64,000 nucleotides of DNA from Candidatus Helarchaeota archaeon (GCA_019058315.1 JAHPZH010000003.1:428451-492450), one strand, 5' to 3'; positions 1 through 10,727 are shown, numbered from the stretch's first letter. Program-made: numbers and translations. Notes: generated from the sequence alone by a model not told the origin.

Positions 1-827
1 TTTTCTTGTTCAAAAATCGAAGTTAAATAGAATTTGAGGTTTTCTTCAGGCACTGTATGCATGTAAGTGTCGGATAAGGTGGTATCATTATCATATTGAT
101 AATATGCGATGTCGTAAACGCGTGTTGCATTAAGATCGGAGATCCTAACAAAGAATCGAACATGATCCCATGTATCTCCAGTTGGTGTTGGTAAACTTGT
201 ATCATTAAGTCTATCAATATTTGAAGCTGCACTTACATTAAAAACAGAGGAAATAGATGCGGATGTAATTTTATAATCACTCATATTTACAGGAGCTGAT
301 TCATTTCTTCTCCACATAACACCTGGATCTTGTCCTATATAATCTCCATCAGTCTCATCCCAACTATGATTTGCCATAGCACCAGCTGAATCAATAGTAA
401 CAATATTGTCTGGATTTATTCCAGGATCTGTTTGATTAGGAAATAGCGGGAAGTCAGGGTCACGCATCATGACCCAATCAGTTTGATTTGGGGGATCATA
501 AATATAATTAACAGTTCCTTTTTCTCCTATTATATTATAATTAATCCATCCCGGACCTTCTGTAAGATCCACATCATTAATATCTCCTGTTTTTGAAGTA
601 TTCCAATATTGATTTATCGGAGAACTGAATGATGGATTTTTAATCCATTGTCCTGTTTCCTGATAGACTTTACTTTGAAGGTTAAAATCATCAATATTAA
701 GTGGTTTAAATTGAATATAATTGTAATAATTATTAGATATTTGAAATAAATTGAAAGAGGAAAATAACATAAACGTGGAAATAAAGAATAGTGAGAGTAC
801 CATTAGAAACGTTCTATTTTTCCGCAT
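1..827 (-). CDS. Secreted/surface protein, 5' part (runs off the window start)
   Basis: Not in the ORF track because it has no stop in the window. Manual translation from the ATG at 827 gives MRKNRTFLMVLSLFFISTFMLFSS... (signal peptide), then an Asn/Asp/Trp-rich open frame (WIKNPSFSSP...WRRNESAPVNMSDYKITSASI...). Confidence 0.75.
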   Translation of the reverse strand, partial: MRKNRTFLMVLSLFFISTFMLFSSFNLFQISNNYYNYIQFKPLNIDDFNLQSKVYQETGQWIKNPSFSSPINQYWNTSKTGDINDVDLTEGPGWINYNIIGEKGTVNYIYDPPNQTDWVMMRDPDFPLFPNQTDPGINPDNIVTIDSAGAMANHSWDETDGDYIGQDPGVMWRRNESAPVNMSDYKITSASISSVFNVSAASNIDRLNDTSLPTPTGDTWDHVRFFVRISDLNATRVYDIAYYQYDNDTTLSDTYMHTVPEENLKFYLTSIFEQE

Positions 828-925
828 TTAAAAACCTTTTATCCCAATAAACTTGAGTTTTTGGTAATAATCTATATTTAATTAATTATCCATATTTAAG
901 ATTATATAATACATTTATTTTTTGT

Positions 926-3067
926 TTAAGTTTTTTCAATTAATTTATTAATCCAATCTATAATTTTATCTGATAATTCTTGTTTCATATTTTCTGGAAG
1001 TAAGGTATTTATTTTCTTTAAATCTCTGGCCCAAGAAGCGATTTTATGAAACGCCATGGAGAATCCCATCCGCTCTAATAAAGATTCTCGAATTTCATCT
1101 AAAGCTTCACCTATTATAAAGCCAGCACTTGTATTAATTTTGGATTTTACAAGATTAAAGTTTCTTGAAATAAATTCTGATGTGTCTTTTGAAGAGATTA
1201 GCTGAATTTTTTCAACATCACCACTTGGAAGTTCTGCTTCCGGTTCAGGGGCTGGCTTTAAACTTGGTTTAGATATACCTGGTGTTGGAGTTGTTTGTGC
1301 TGGTTTAGTTTTAATCGGTTTTACGGGGGCAGAAATGGATTCTACCTTTAAACTTGGCTTAGGTTCTAAAGTTTTAATTTCTTCAGCTTCTCGCATACTG
1401 GGAATTTTATGAGTAATTTTTTCGCTATTCATCCACACTTCTTCCAGCACGCCTGCAAACATTTTTATGTGTTCATCAAGAATGCTCCCCATACCAGCAA
1501 TCTCATAAGTGTCTAATCCTGGAGAAGCGGATATCACGCAAACCACAACTTCTTCAAAATCTTTATTAATTGCCCAAATATTTTGTCTGGTATAGTTTCT
1601 TATGGAAATATTGCCATGGCTAGCTACATCTTCATATAGTTCTCTATCTGTTGATGGATCTACCCATGTTGAAATCCTTATGTTAACGTGTCTTGGGAGC
1701 TTTTTCAGAGGAATAAAATCTATATCGTGTAATTTTGGAGATATAATATGGACACGCATTTTAGCTCTTGAAACAGAATCATTAATTTGCGCTTGCATCG
1801 CTTCCGCACTTCTAATGAACCAAACATCTTGAAAGGATAGAAGAGAAGCTCGCCGGGCTCGATCCCAAAATTCTTGCATAGTTTTTTCAGAAAGTTCCAG
1901 TTGTTGGAATATTCTTTTCAATATATCAGATTGTAGTGTTTCAAAAATCTCATCTTTAAAAACATTCTTTAACTCATCAAAAGTACCCAAGATATCACTA
2001 CGGACATCTGATAGTTTAGACTCTGTTTCTTTTAATGTATCTTCGAGATTTGTTGTAATTTCTCCAAAGGTTCCTTCAACAGAGGAACTTATTTCACTTG
2101 CAACATCAACTACAGAAAAAAGTCGTTCTTTTAACGTTTTTTCAACATTTTCTGTAATTTTTTCAAATGTGCCCTCAACAGAAGAGCCAATATCACCTGC
2201 AATATCAGCTACGGATAGGATTCTTTCCAAAACTTGGTCTAATGTTTTTTCAATATTATTAACAAACTTCTCCTCAAAGAATTCTTGAATAAATCCAAAT
2301 TCTTCTGAAATTATTTTTGATACAATTTTTTCAGCAAATGATTTTAAAGCACTAATTCTGAATTGTTTTTCAAATACTTGGGCGATTTTTACTTTAATAT
2401 TTTCAAGCCTTTCCTTAAATTGTATAAATTGTGCATTCAGTTCTGTTGAAACCGATCCTTTTAATTTGTTCATGAATTCATCAAACTCTTGTAATTTTTT
2501 AACTTCTTCAAGACCAGATTTCAGAGAACCCAATTGACTCATAACTTGATCTTTTAATGCGTCCATTAATTCATGGAATTCTTGTAATTTTTTAACTTCT
2601 TCAAGGCTAGATTGTAAAGAATTTAATTGTTTACTAATATTTTGAGGAAGTTCGGCTCTCAATTGCTTAAGATATTTTTGATATTCCTCAAGTTTACTTA
2701 CTTTCATAGTTTGACTTTCAAATGTCATAAATCTATTTTCAAGATCCTTTGGGGTTTTTACTTGCATATCCGATATCAATGTTTTAAATTGTGATATTTG
2801 CCCTAAAAGTGCAGAATAGGGAGGTAATGCTACATAATGTGGTGTTTTTCCTGGGACTTCCCTCAAAAGACCTTTAGAAAGTAAGTTATTAACTATTTTA
2901 TCTGCTTCCTCAAATTCAATATTTTGTATAATACAAATTTCACCCTTTGTTACAGTTCCACGACCAGTCATTTTAAAGTAGGTATCAATTTCTTGAGGGA
3001 TTAAGCCCAAAACACCTAATGCTTGTTTAGTTTTTTCGAATGCTGCTTCTTCTTTTTTAGATTCCAA
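926..3067 (-). CDS. TrmB-like wHTH protein with long coiled-coil repeats and a PLD-like/sensor C-terminal domain
   Basis: N-terminal 'LGLIPQEIDTY...LLSKGLLREVPGKTPHYVALPP' is a TrmB-type HTH; internal repeats SLEEVKKLQEF x2 and SSVEGTF x2; Pro/Lys-rich linker. Confidence 0.6.
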   Translation of the reverse strand: MESKKEEAAFEKTKQALGVLGLIPQEIDTYFKMTGRGTVTKGEICIIQNIEFEEADKIVNNLLSKGLLREVPGKTPHYVALPPYSALLGQISQFKTLISDMQVKTPKDLENRFMTFESQTMKVSKLEEYQKYLKQLRAELPQNISKQLNSLQSSLEEVKKLQEFHELMDALKDQVMSQLGSLKSGLEEVKKLQEFDEFMNKLKGSVSTELNAQFIQFKERLENIKVKIAQVFEKQFRISALKSFAEKIVSKIISEEFGFIQEFFEEKFVNNIEKTLDQVLERILSVADIAGDIGSSVEGTFEKITENVEKTLKERLFSVVDVASEISSSVEGTFGEITTNLEDTLKETESKLSDVRSDILGTFDELKNVFKDEIFETLQSDILKRIFQQLELSEKTMQEFWDRARRASLLSFQDVWFIRSAEAMQAQINDSVSRAKMRVHIISPKLHDIDFIPLKKLPRHVNIRISTWVDPSTDRELYEDVASHGNISIRNYTRQNIWAINKDFEEVVVCVISASPGLDTYEIAGMGSILDEHIKMFAGVLEEVWMNSEKITHKIPSMREAEEIKTLEPKPSLKVESISAPVKPIKTKPAQTTPTPGISKPSLKPAPEPEAELPSGDVEKIQLISSKDTSEFISRNFNLVKSKINTSAGFIIGEALDEIRESLLERMGFSMAFHKIASWARDLKKINTLLPENMKQELSDKIIDWINKLIEKT

Positions 3068-3300
3068 TTCGTGTCCCCAAATTATATTATATTTAATTTT
3101 TCAATAAATAATTATGCCTATTTTACATCTTCAAGTTAAATAAGCATATAAAATATAATCAAAATTCAATTGTTTTTATTAAAAATTTAACCATATAATA
3201 TTCATTTTTTTATTATAAAAACAAAGTAACCTTTAAAATTTGAAAAATTTCTAAAGTGTGATTGTAATTATAATTTACTAATTTATAAGGTTGAGAAATA

Positions 3301-4059
3301 ATGGGTTTATTAGATAATAAAGTTGCTATCATTACCGCATCTGCAGGGGCAGGTATCGGTCAAGCTACTGTTAGATTAATGGCTAAAGAAGGAGCTAATG
3401 TTGTTGTGACAGATTTTCATGAAAGAAGGACGAATGAAGTTGCTGAAGGCTTAATCAAGGAATATGGAAAAAATAGAGTACTGGGAGTTCCTTGTGATGT
3501 TACAAATTCTAAAAATGTTAATGATATGGTAATGCAAGCATTAGATAAATTCGGGAGAATTGACATCTTAGTAAATAATGCCGGTAGAAATGTGCTAGCT
3601 AAAATTGAAGAAGTAACAGATGAACAATGGGATTTAGTAATGGATGTGAATTTAAAGGGTACTTTTCTTTGCACTAAAGCCGTTGTTCCAATAATGATTA
3701 AGCAGAAATTTGGAAGAATTATTAGTATAGCATCATATGAGGGGTTTACTGGAACCGAATTAGGTGAGGGTCCTTATGTTGCAAGTAAGTCCGGAATTAT
3801 GGGATTTACGAAAGCTCTAGCTCGCGAATTAGCACCTCATGGTATTAATGTTAATGCAATTGCTCCAGGAATTATTCCAAACCCCTTTCTAAAAAAAGTC
3901 TACGGAAGTCTACTTGATGATTTACCAGAAAGAGTCCCGATGGGCAGGGGAGGAAAACCCGAGGAGATTGCAGGAGCATGTGTATTTCTAGCAAGTGATT
4001 TGGGAAATTATGTTCAAGGGGAAACTCTTGTCGTATCAGGAGGGCTATATATTCATTAA
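3301..4059 (+). CDS. SDR-family oxidoreductase (FabG-like)
   Basis: TASAGAGIG, NNAG, catalytic YVASK, VNAIAPG. Confidence 0.9.
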   Translation: MGLLDNKVAIITASAGAGIGQATVRLMAKEGANVVVTDFHERRTNEVAEGLIKEYGKNRVLGVPCDVTNSKNVNDMVMQALDKFGRIDILVNNAGRNVLAKIEEVTDEQWDLVMDVNLKGTFLCTKAVVPIMIKQKFGRIISIASYEGFTGTELGEGPYVASKSGIMGFTKALARELAPHGINVNAIAPGIIPNPFLKKVYGSLLDDLPERVPMGRGGKPEEIAGACVFLASDLGNYVQGETLVVSGGLYIH

Positions 4060-4068
4060 GGTGATATT

Positions 4069-4815
4069 ATGGAATTAGATAATAAAGTAGCAATATTAAT
4101 TGGGTTAAATGATGTTGGAATAGCTGTAGCAAAGGGTTTATTAAATGAGGGAGCTGCAGTTGCTGTTTCGGATACAGACCAAACAAAAATAGATATTATT
4201 GCAGAATATGCTAAATCAGTTAGTGGAAAAATTTTGGGAGTAATCTGTGATGTTACTAAAACCGAACAAGTCCAATCATTAATCCAAAAAACACTTGATA
4301 ATTTTAAAAAAATTGATATTTTAATTACTAATTTCTGGGATAGCAAATCGGTTCCTTTTATAGAGGTTACTGAAGAATTTTTCAGCGAACTTCTTGATAA
4401 GAATTTAAAATCGGCTTTTAGATGTGTTAGAGCTACTGTTCCTATTATGAAAAATGCAAAATATGGAAAGATAATCCATATACTGCCCTTGGTTGGCTAT
4501 ACTGGTTCTACTTTAAATGAAGTTCCTTTAAGCACTGCTTCAGCTGCATTAATGGGGCTAACTCGAGCTGTTGCTATGGAAGGTGCAAATGAAAAAATAA
4601 GAGTAAATGCAGTTGCAATTCCTTTAATTGACTCAAAGTCATTTCATGAAATATATACAGAAGATCTAGTTAAAAAAACAAAGGATAAAATACCATTAGG
4701 TGAAATTTGTCAACCAAAAGATGTTGTAGGACCTGTGATTTTTCTTGCATCAAATAGATCAGATTATATTACTGGAGAAATTATGATTATTTCAGGGGGA
4801 TCTTATACACAATAA
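4069..4815 (+). CDS. Degenerate SDR-fold protein, paralog of the upstream gene
   Basis: Collinear with the upstream SDR but lacks GxxxGxG, NNAG and YxxxK (LSTASAA at that position). Confidence 0.75.
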   Translation: MELDNKVAILIGLNDVGIAVAKGLLNEGAAVAVSDTDQTKIDIIAEYAKSVSGKILGVICDVTKTEQVQSLIQKTLDNFKKIDILITNFWDSKSVPFIEVTEEFFSELLDKNLKSAFRCVRATVPIMKNAKYGKIIHILPLVGYTGSTLNEVPLSTASAALMGLTRAVAMEGANEKIRVNAVAIPLIDSKSFHEIYTEDLVKKTKDKIPLGEICQPKDVVGPVIFLASNRSDYITGEIMIISGGSYTQ

Positions 4816-4831
4816 TTTTTTTTTCAGGATT

Positions 4832-5224
4832 TTGTTCAATTTTTTAAAAAGATGTGATAAATTGTTAAAGATTTTTTTGAGTGGTAGTTTTAGAGAGAGA
4901 GAAAAAATAGCGGAATGGATGGAAAAATTAAACAATTTAAAAAATATAGAAATAATATATGATTGGACTAAACATGTTTGGGATGAAGATAGAAGAAAGT
5001 ATGCCGAAGAAAATTTGGTAGCTGTCAATGATTGCGATTGTTTTGTCTTTGACGTTGGTGAACAGGGAAGTTTGGGTAAAAGTATATTATTAGGAATTGC
5101 TATAGCGTTTGGAAAAGAAATTTTTGTAATTGGTAAATTTCCTGAAATTATTTTTGCTGAATTAATCGAAGATGATCATAAATTTGGTACTTTCAAAGAG
5201 TTTTATGAATTTATAAGTAGTTAG
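4832..5224 (+). CDS. Nucleoside 2-deoxyribosyltransferase-like protein (true start probably TTG at 4862)
   Basis: KIFLSGSF...DWT...AVNDCDCFVF...LGIAIAFGKEIFVIG pattern. Confidence 0.55.
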   Translation: MFNFLKRCDKLLKIFLSGSFREREKIAEWMEKLNNLKNIEIIYDWTKHVWDEDRRKYAEENLVAVNDCDCFVFDVGEQGSLGKSILLGIAIAFGKEIFVIGKFPEIIFAELIEDDHKFGTFKEFYEFISS

Positions 5225-5226
5225 GT

Positions 5227-5715
5227 TTAACCCTCTATTTCTTTGATAACACTCCCACAAAAGTCACACTCACAAGGGGGACTTTTTTTCAAGGGGGCTT
5301 TACAAGCAGGACACTTTGAAAGTATTAATTTCTTTTTGGTTTTAATCCTGAATTTTTTTATTCTATAACTTGGTTTTCTTCTATAACTAACATGAGTTTT
5401 AGTTGGATGTGAATATTGAAACTCTGTGATTGAAATTAGATATGAAAATATTGAAATAACTATACCAATAATTCCCCCACCAATTAAACCAAATCCACTA
5501 TCAGATTTTGGAATAAAAAATTCTCTATAAAAGAAATAATATTGTAATAAAAATTCATGTGGAAGATTTCCATTAGTGAATAAAATATATGCAATATTAT
5601 CTAATTCAGAAGTTTTTTTATTAATATCAGTCAATGTAATAATTCCGAAGATTAATAGAATAAAAAAAAGTGTTAAAAAAATTAAAAGAATAGTTCCTTT
5701 TTTATGCTTCGTCAC
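5227..5715 (-). CDS. Membrane protein with C-terminal Zn-ribbon
   Basis: Two hydrophobic segments; CPACKAPL...CDFCG. Confidence 0.65.
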   Translation of the reverse strand: MTKHKKGTILLIFLTLFFILLIFGIITLTDINKKTSELDNIAYILFTNGNLPHEFLLQYYFFYREFFIPKSDSGFGLIGGGIIGIVISIFSYLISITEFQYSHPTKTHVSYRRKPSYRIKKFRIKTKKKLILSKCPACKAPLKKSPPCECDFCGSVIKEIEG

Positions 5716-5836
5716 TTTTTAATCCCTATGATTCTTCTCTAATAAACGCCTTCAAAAAATAATGTGATTTTAAAAAATCCATTTAATTTATTAATTTAGT
5801 TTATTTAAATTATTTTAAAATTTTCAATAAATTTTT

Positions 5837-6280
5837 TTGGTGAAGGAAGGAACAATGAAAAAACATTTTGTTGTTGCATTAACTAGTTATTTTGCTTCTT
5901 TAATCTGGTCAATTATGATTTTTATACTTTTATTGGAAAAAGATATACTTTTATTCGTAATAATTTATTTGCTTACGATTTTCCCTCTTTTACTCTGTGC
6001 AGCTGGATATACCTATAAATATGCTGGTCAAAATCATAATGCACAATGGTTTTACAAGCATTTTCTGCTTTATTTTATTGGATTTACAATCCCAATTTTT
6101 AATGTTATTTTATGTATAATTTATTTATTTGAATATCAAGATTTGGAAGAGGGAACACTGAGAACAATTGGATATTCAGGTTTATTTTTAATTTTGTTTA
6201 TAATTGCAGTAAGTTTAAGCTATCCAGAAATTCCCAGCCTTTATTTTATGGAGGTTTTTATTAATCCTTCTAAAAATTGA
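5837..6280 (+). CDS. Hypothetical 4-TM membrane protein
   Basis: Four hydrophobic stretches. Confidence 0.55.
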   Translation: MVKEGTMKKHFVVALTSYFASLIWSIMIFILLLEKDILLFVIIYLLTIFPLLLCAAGYTYKYAGQNHNAQWFYKHFLLYFIGFTIPIFNVILCIIYLFEYQDLEEGTLRTIGYSGLFLILFIIAVSLSYPEIPSLYFMEVFINPSKN

Positions 6281-6482
6281 ATAATTTACTTGGTTCTCTA
6301 TTCAATAAATTCAATCTTTTTTTTCCTATTTTATTTTGTTGAAAAATTAGGAATGAAAAATAAAAAGAAATCATAGCAAATTGCCTTCTGTATAGCTTTT
6401 CTAAAAGTCAATATTTCATAAATATTTCCATAAAGTTTAAACAGACTAATAATTCAATTGAAATTACTAATGAGGTAATAAT

Positions 6483-6767
6483 ATGGAAGAAAAAAAACAA
6501 ATAGGATACCGTATTGTTGGTAAAATAAAAAGAGTCAAAGGACATTGTAACGCCGGTCATAAGAAAGGAGATACATTTGAACTTAGTGGACACAACACTG
6601 GAGGTCTTTGCGGGTTTTTTTACCATGATATTTTCCCATATATAATTATGCTTCAATTTGGTGGGTCATTTCCAAAGGATTGGGGCGGAAATCAAGATGT
6701 TGTTGAGCTAGAATGTATGGACAGATTTAATGCAGTTAAAATACAATTAAAGCGAATAAAAGAATAA
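6483..6767 (+). CDS. TIGR04076-like small Cys-containing protein
   Basis: VKGHCNAGHKKGDTF...GLC...F...W...CMD pattern. Confidence 0.75.
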   Translation: MEEKKQIGYRIVGKIKRVKGHCNAGHKKGDTFELSGHNTGGLCGFFYHDIFPYIIMLQFGGSFPKDWGGNQDVVELECMDRFNAVKIQLKRIKE

Positions 6768-6824
6768 ATTCTCTTTTTTTATATTTTATATAAAAATCTG
6801 TCTTAAAATTGAAAATTATCTTAA

Positions 6825-7532
6825 ATGATTTTGATAATGAAACTAGCAATAATTGGCGACTTTAATCCAAAATCCGAAACACATATTGCTTCTAATGAGG
6901 CAATTTTACACTCAAAAGATCTACTTCAATGTGATTTAGATTCATATTGGATAAATACTAAGGATATTACAAAGGAGACATTTTACCAATTCGATGGTTT
7001 TTTAATTGCACCCGGTAGTCCTTACAGCAACATGGATAATGTAATCAATACTATACAGTTTGCCAGAGAAAATAATATACCTTGTTTAGGGACGTGTGGT
7101 GGTTTTCAACATATGGTTATAGAGTATGCACGAAATATTCTCAATTTCAAAAATGCACAACATGAAGAATATGACAAAAATTCATCAGAATTATTTATTA
7201 CCAAGTTATCATGCACTTTAAAAGGACGTGAAATGGAGTTAAATTTGACTCCAAATTCAAAAGTTGCTTCTCTTTATGGTAAAAATAGAGTAATAGAAAA
7301 GTATTATTGTAATTTTGGAGTTAATCCTGATTATCTCCAAATAATAAAAAACGGACCAATTCGTATTGTAGGTTCAGATCGTGAGGGAGAGATCCGAATT
7401 TTAGAATATCCAGATCATGTATTTTTCATCGGAACTCTTTATGTTCCACAAGTACAATCAACCAAGAGGACACCGCACCCCTTAGTGACGGGATTTATAG
7501 AAGCAATAATCAATAAATGCCAAAAATTCTAA
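6825..7532 (+). CDS. Stand-alone class I glutamine amidotransferase related to the CTP synthase C-terminal domain
   Basis: PGSPY, GTCGGFQH nucleophile elbow, YYCNFGVN; no synthetase domain. Confidence 0.8.
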   Translation: MILIMKLAIIGDFNPKSETHIASNEAILHSKDLLQCDLDSYWINTKDITKETFYQFDGFLIAPGSPYSNMDNVINTIQFARENNIPCLGTCGGFQHMVIEYARNILNFKNAQHEEYDKNSSELFITKLSCTLKGREMELNLTPNSKVASLYGKNRVIEKYYCNFGVNPDYLQIIKNGPIRIVGSDREGEIRILEYPDHVFFIGTLYVPQVQSTKRTPHPLVTGFIEAIINKCQKF

Positions 7533-7556
7533 ATATTTTTTTTATATTTTGAATTT

Positions 7557-8510
7557 ATGGAAGATTTCTATTTTATTAAAGCCGATAAGCCGATGTGGCC
7601 TGCATCAGCAAATGTGTTTGTAATTAAGGATGAAGAAGGCTTAATTTTTATTGATGTGGGTTGCGGATTAAAGAAGTTCACAAAGAAATTATTTAAAAAA
7701 TTAAGAGATTTTAATCTAGATCTATTTGATGTTCATACAATTGCGCTCTCGCATGCACACCCAGATCATATGGGCGCTATGGAAGAGATTTTAAAACTTT
7801 TTAAGGATAATAATAATTCAGATTTGCAAATTCTCATTAATGAAATTGAACGAGAGAGTGCGCTAAATATTGATTTATTAAATGATTCATTTGATATTGA
7901 TTTATTACCAAAATATTTTAATTCTGGACTAGAAGAAAGATTTAAAGGGAAGTTTGATTTAATTCAGAATTTTAAGGTTCTTTGTTCTATGTCACAACTT
8001 CCTAAAGATTGTAATATTGAAATAATTAAGGAGAATGACATTTTAAAATTGGGTCGTTATAATTTTAAAGTCTTAATTACTCCAGGTCATGCCCCAGGAC
8101 ATACTTCTTTTTATGAAATCAATCAAAAATTTTTACTCTCTGGGGATTTAATAGGAGAGAAGGGAACTGCATGGTATTCTCCCAGCTCTGGTGGAGCTAC
8201 GGGATATTTATCTAGTTTGGAAAAAGTAGAAAAATTTCCCATTGAACTTATTTATCCTTCACACGGGAATAAGATAGAGAATATACAACAAAGAATTCAT
8301 GAAATTCGTCAAAAAATCTTGATGAAGGATGATCTTATTTTAAAAGAATTAAAGAAAAAACCTCATACAGTAATGGAACTAACTAATTTATTTTATAAAA
8401 CATCATATTCGCAAATGTTTCCCGGAATTGCTATAATAGAGAGCCATCTAATTAAGTTAGAGCAAGAAGGAAAGATTAAACGTGATAATGGTTTAATTTA
8501 TAAGGTTTGA
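7557..8510 (+). CDS. MBL-fold metallo-hydrolase with C-terminal wHTH
   Basis: SHAHPDHMG, PGHAPGH, SGD, PSHG. Confidence 0.9.
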   Translation: MEDFYFIKADKPMWPASANVFVIKDEEGLIFIDVGCGLKKFTKKLFKKLRDFNLDLFDVHTIALSHAHPDHMGAMEEILKLFKDNNNSDLQILINEIERESALNIDLLNDSFDIDLLPKYFNSGLEERFKGKFDLIQNFKVLCSMSQLPKDCNIEIIKENDILKLGRYNFKVLITPGHAPGHTSFYEINQKFLLSGDLIGEKGTAWYSPSSGGATGYLSSLEKVEKFPIELIYPSHGNKIENIQQRIHEIRQKILMKDDLILKELKKKPHTVMELTNLFYKTSYSQMFPGIAIIESHLIKLEQEGKIKRDNGLIYKV

Positions 8511-8523
8511 TAAAAAAAGAATT

Positions 8524-9546
8524 TTATTTATTTTCTTCCACTTTCCATTCACTAGGTCCCTTTTTCCTTCTTTTAAATGTTACTTTTGGAAATTTTTTCC
8601 ACATACGTTCGCCCCAACGGTAGACTTTCAGCATCGGCCCAAACATGTATTTAACAAATCCCAATCGAAATCCCATTAAATCCTTAAAGTCTTCAACAAA
8701 ATCATCAAATGTTCGTTCTTGAAAATTTAACACTCTTTGCGATTCCTCAGTATCATACCAGTCTAGATAGAAAGGTTCTTTTGAAAAATATTCTTCTGGC
8801 GGTATCGGCATACCAAGAGTCTTCATTAAAATTTCAAGTTGATCTCGCCATACCATTTGGTTTTTTTTACCTCCAGCTATTATGAATTTTTTTTGATAAC
8901 ATTCTTCATTCCGAATCGCATTGATGCACGCTGTTACAATATCGAATACATGAACAAATTCGAGACGATTATCTAGGGGTAGCATGTACATTTGATTATA
9001 ATCTTCCATTTTAATAGACAGATATGCAGCTTCTGCAAACCTTAGAATGGTCCAATTTTTCAACTCAGAATTCTCAATTATTTCTTCACATTTAACTTTA
9101 GTTTCTGTATAAACATCTGTAGGGTTAACTGGATCATCTATAGTGAGAGGGGGTGTGCGATCTTGTGTATGACCAAAAACAGAAACACTTGAAGAGAAAA
9201 TTAAATGAATATTCGGGTTCAGAGTCTGAATTGCTTTCACTATGTTGGCGGTTCCTTCAATATTCACTTTTTTTGCTAAATCAGGCATATCCTCTGTTTT
9301 AGGATGTAAAATTGCAGCAAGGTGGCAAACAGTATCAACATCCCAAATACATTTCAAACAATCCCCATAATCTATAATATTTCCATAGACTATTTCAGCA
9401 TCCTTTAATTTTGGACTCTTCGCACGGTTTTTCGTTCTTTTATTTTCTATATCTAAAATTTTTACTTTATAACCTTCTTCCAAAGCCCTTTCTGCTAAAT
9501 ATGCCCCTATACCACCAAGACCGCCTGTTACTAATATTTTAGTCAT
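8524..9546 (-). CDS. NAD-dependent epimerase/dehydratase (extended SDR)
   Basis: TGGLGGIG, HLAA, YTETK. Confidence 0.85.
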   Translation of the reverse strand: MTKILVTGGLGGIGAYLAERALEEGYKVKILDIENKRTKNRAKSPKLKDAEIVYGNIIDYGDCLKCIWDVDTVCHLAAILHPKTEDMPDLAKKVNIEGTANIVKAIQTLNPNIHLIFSSSVSVFGHTQDRTPPLTIDDPVNPTDVYTETKVKCEEIIENSELKNWTILRFAEAAYLSIKMEDYNQMYMLPLDNRLEFVHVFDIVTACINAIRNEECYQKKFIIAGGKKNQMVWRDQLEILMKTLGMPIPPEEYFSKEPFYLDWYDTEESQRVLNFQERTFDDFVEDFKDLMGFRLGFVKYMFGPMLKVYRWGERMWKKFPKVTFKRRKKGPSEWKVEENK

Positions 9547-9812
9547 ATAAATTACCTATAAATCATTTAATTTTTAAAGTTTATATTTGAAACTTCTTGT
9601 TATTTGCTAATATCTTAAATCAAAGGCAGATTATAAATTATTACATTAAAGAAACCTAATCCAATTTAATAAGATTTGTCTATTTCTGATTTGTAAAAAA
9701 ATTTGAATTTATTCAATAGAGATTTTTGTGTATAAAATATCTGATTAAAAGCTTTGAGTCCAAGATTATTACTAAATTTTATAAATCAGTAAATTAAATG
9801 TTATAAAAATAA

Positions 9813-10202
9813 TTGAAAAAAATACTAATGGGGCTAATTATGAGTAAAATTGATGAAGTAAAGAAAATCTTAATGGAGCTAGAAGAAAAAGTAACTGATG
9901 TAAAAGGTTCGGCAGTTATTAGAACGAATGGCTTAATTATCGCTTCTGCTTTACCTAGCGAAGCAAATGAAAGAATGATTGCAGCTATGTCTGCTGCGCT
10001 TCTCGGAACATCGAAGAGAGCTGCTGAAGCATTATTTCAAGGAACATTTGCTAGTCTAAATCTAGAGTTGGACAAAGGAAATATGTTTTTGATGGGGGCT
10101 GGAAGAGTAATTCTAGTAGCATTAACTAAAAAAGAACCTAATATTGGGTTAATTACTTTAGAAATGGAAGATACAAGTAAAAAATTAGCAGAATTGTTTT
10201 AA
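9813..10202 (+). CDS. Roadblock/LC7 (MglB-like) protein, copy 1 (probable start ATG at 9840)
   Basis: SAVIRTNGLIIASALP...IAAMSAALLG...NIGLI signature. Confidence 0.9.
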   Translation: MKKILMGLIMSKIDEVKKILMELEEKVTDVKGSAVIRTNGLIIASALPSEANERMIAAMSAALLGTSKRAAEALFQGTFASLNLELDKGNMFLMGAGRVILVALTKKEPNIGLITLEMEDTSKKLAELF

Positions 10203-10218
10203 TTAAGGATGATTTAAA

Positions 10219-10671
10219 ATGGAAAGTCAATTAAAATTTGTGGCTTCTCTCTTTAAAATGGCAATTAAGGAGTTCTTGAACGTAATGGGACCTGAGTCAA
10301 TCCAAACAATTTTTAGATTGATGGGAGAAACTCAGGGGGAGAGGGTAGAGCGAGTCATGAGGAAGAAATATAAGACAGACAGTTGGACAAAAGACGATTT
10401 TATTCCAAAACTCATAAAGGATCTCATCGAGCCAACTTTAGGAGAAGGAAATGTGGAATATAAGATAGATGGCAATGATATAACCATTAGTTTAGCTGTA
10501 TGCCCTTTTCAGAGAGCTGGGATGAGTATTACAAGTAAGCTTTATTGCACTTATACCGAAGGAATGATTGAAACCGCAATACAAAAAGCCTTAAAAAACA
10601 TCGAATTTACAACTAAAGAGTTAAAAGCATCAGGAAATAAAAATTGTGTTTTTCAAATTAAAGTGAAGTAA
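10219..10671 (+). CDS. V4R/MetOD1 (Bet3-like fold) protein, copy 1
   Basis: GETQG, CPF...C.YTEG...C.F metal-binding pattern. Confidence 0.7.
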   Translation: MESQLKFVASLFKMAIKEFLNVMGPESIQTIFRLMGETQGERVERVMRKKYKTDSWTKDDFIPKLIKDLIEPTLGEGNVEYKIDGNDITISLAVCPFQRAGMSITSKLYCTYTEGMIETAIQKALKNIEFTTKELKASGNKNCVFQIKVK

Positions 10672-10727
10672 TTTTAAATATCCTACCTTTTTTATTTTTA
10701 TAGTGATATATCAAAGAGCATCAGAAA

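Noticed and set aside
23-232. 69-aa ORF in the track
   Set aside because: Out-of-frame shadow inside the longer minus-strand gene that starts at 827.
6825-7532. Possible selenoprotein (some CTP-synthase-related GATases carry Sec at the nucleophile)
   Set aside because: The codon is TGT (Cys) and the frame has no internal TGA.
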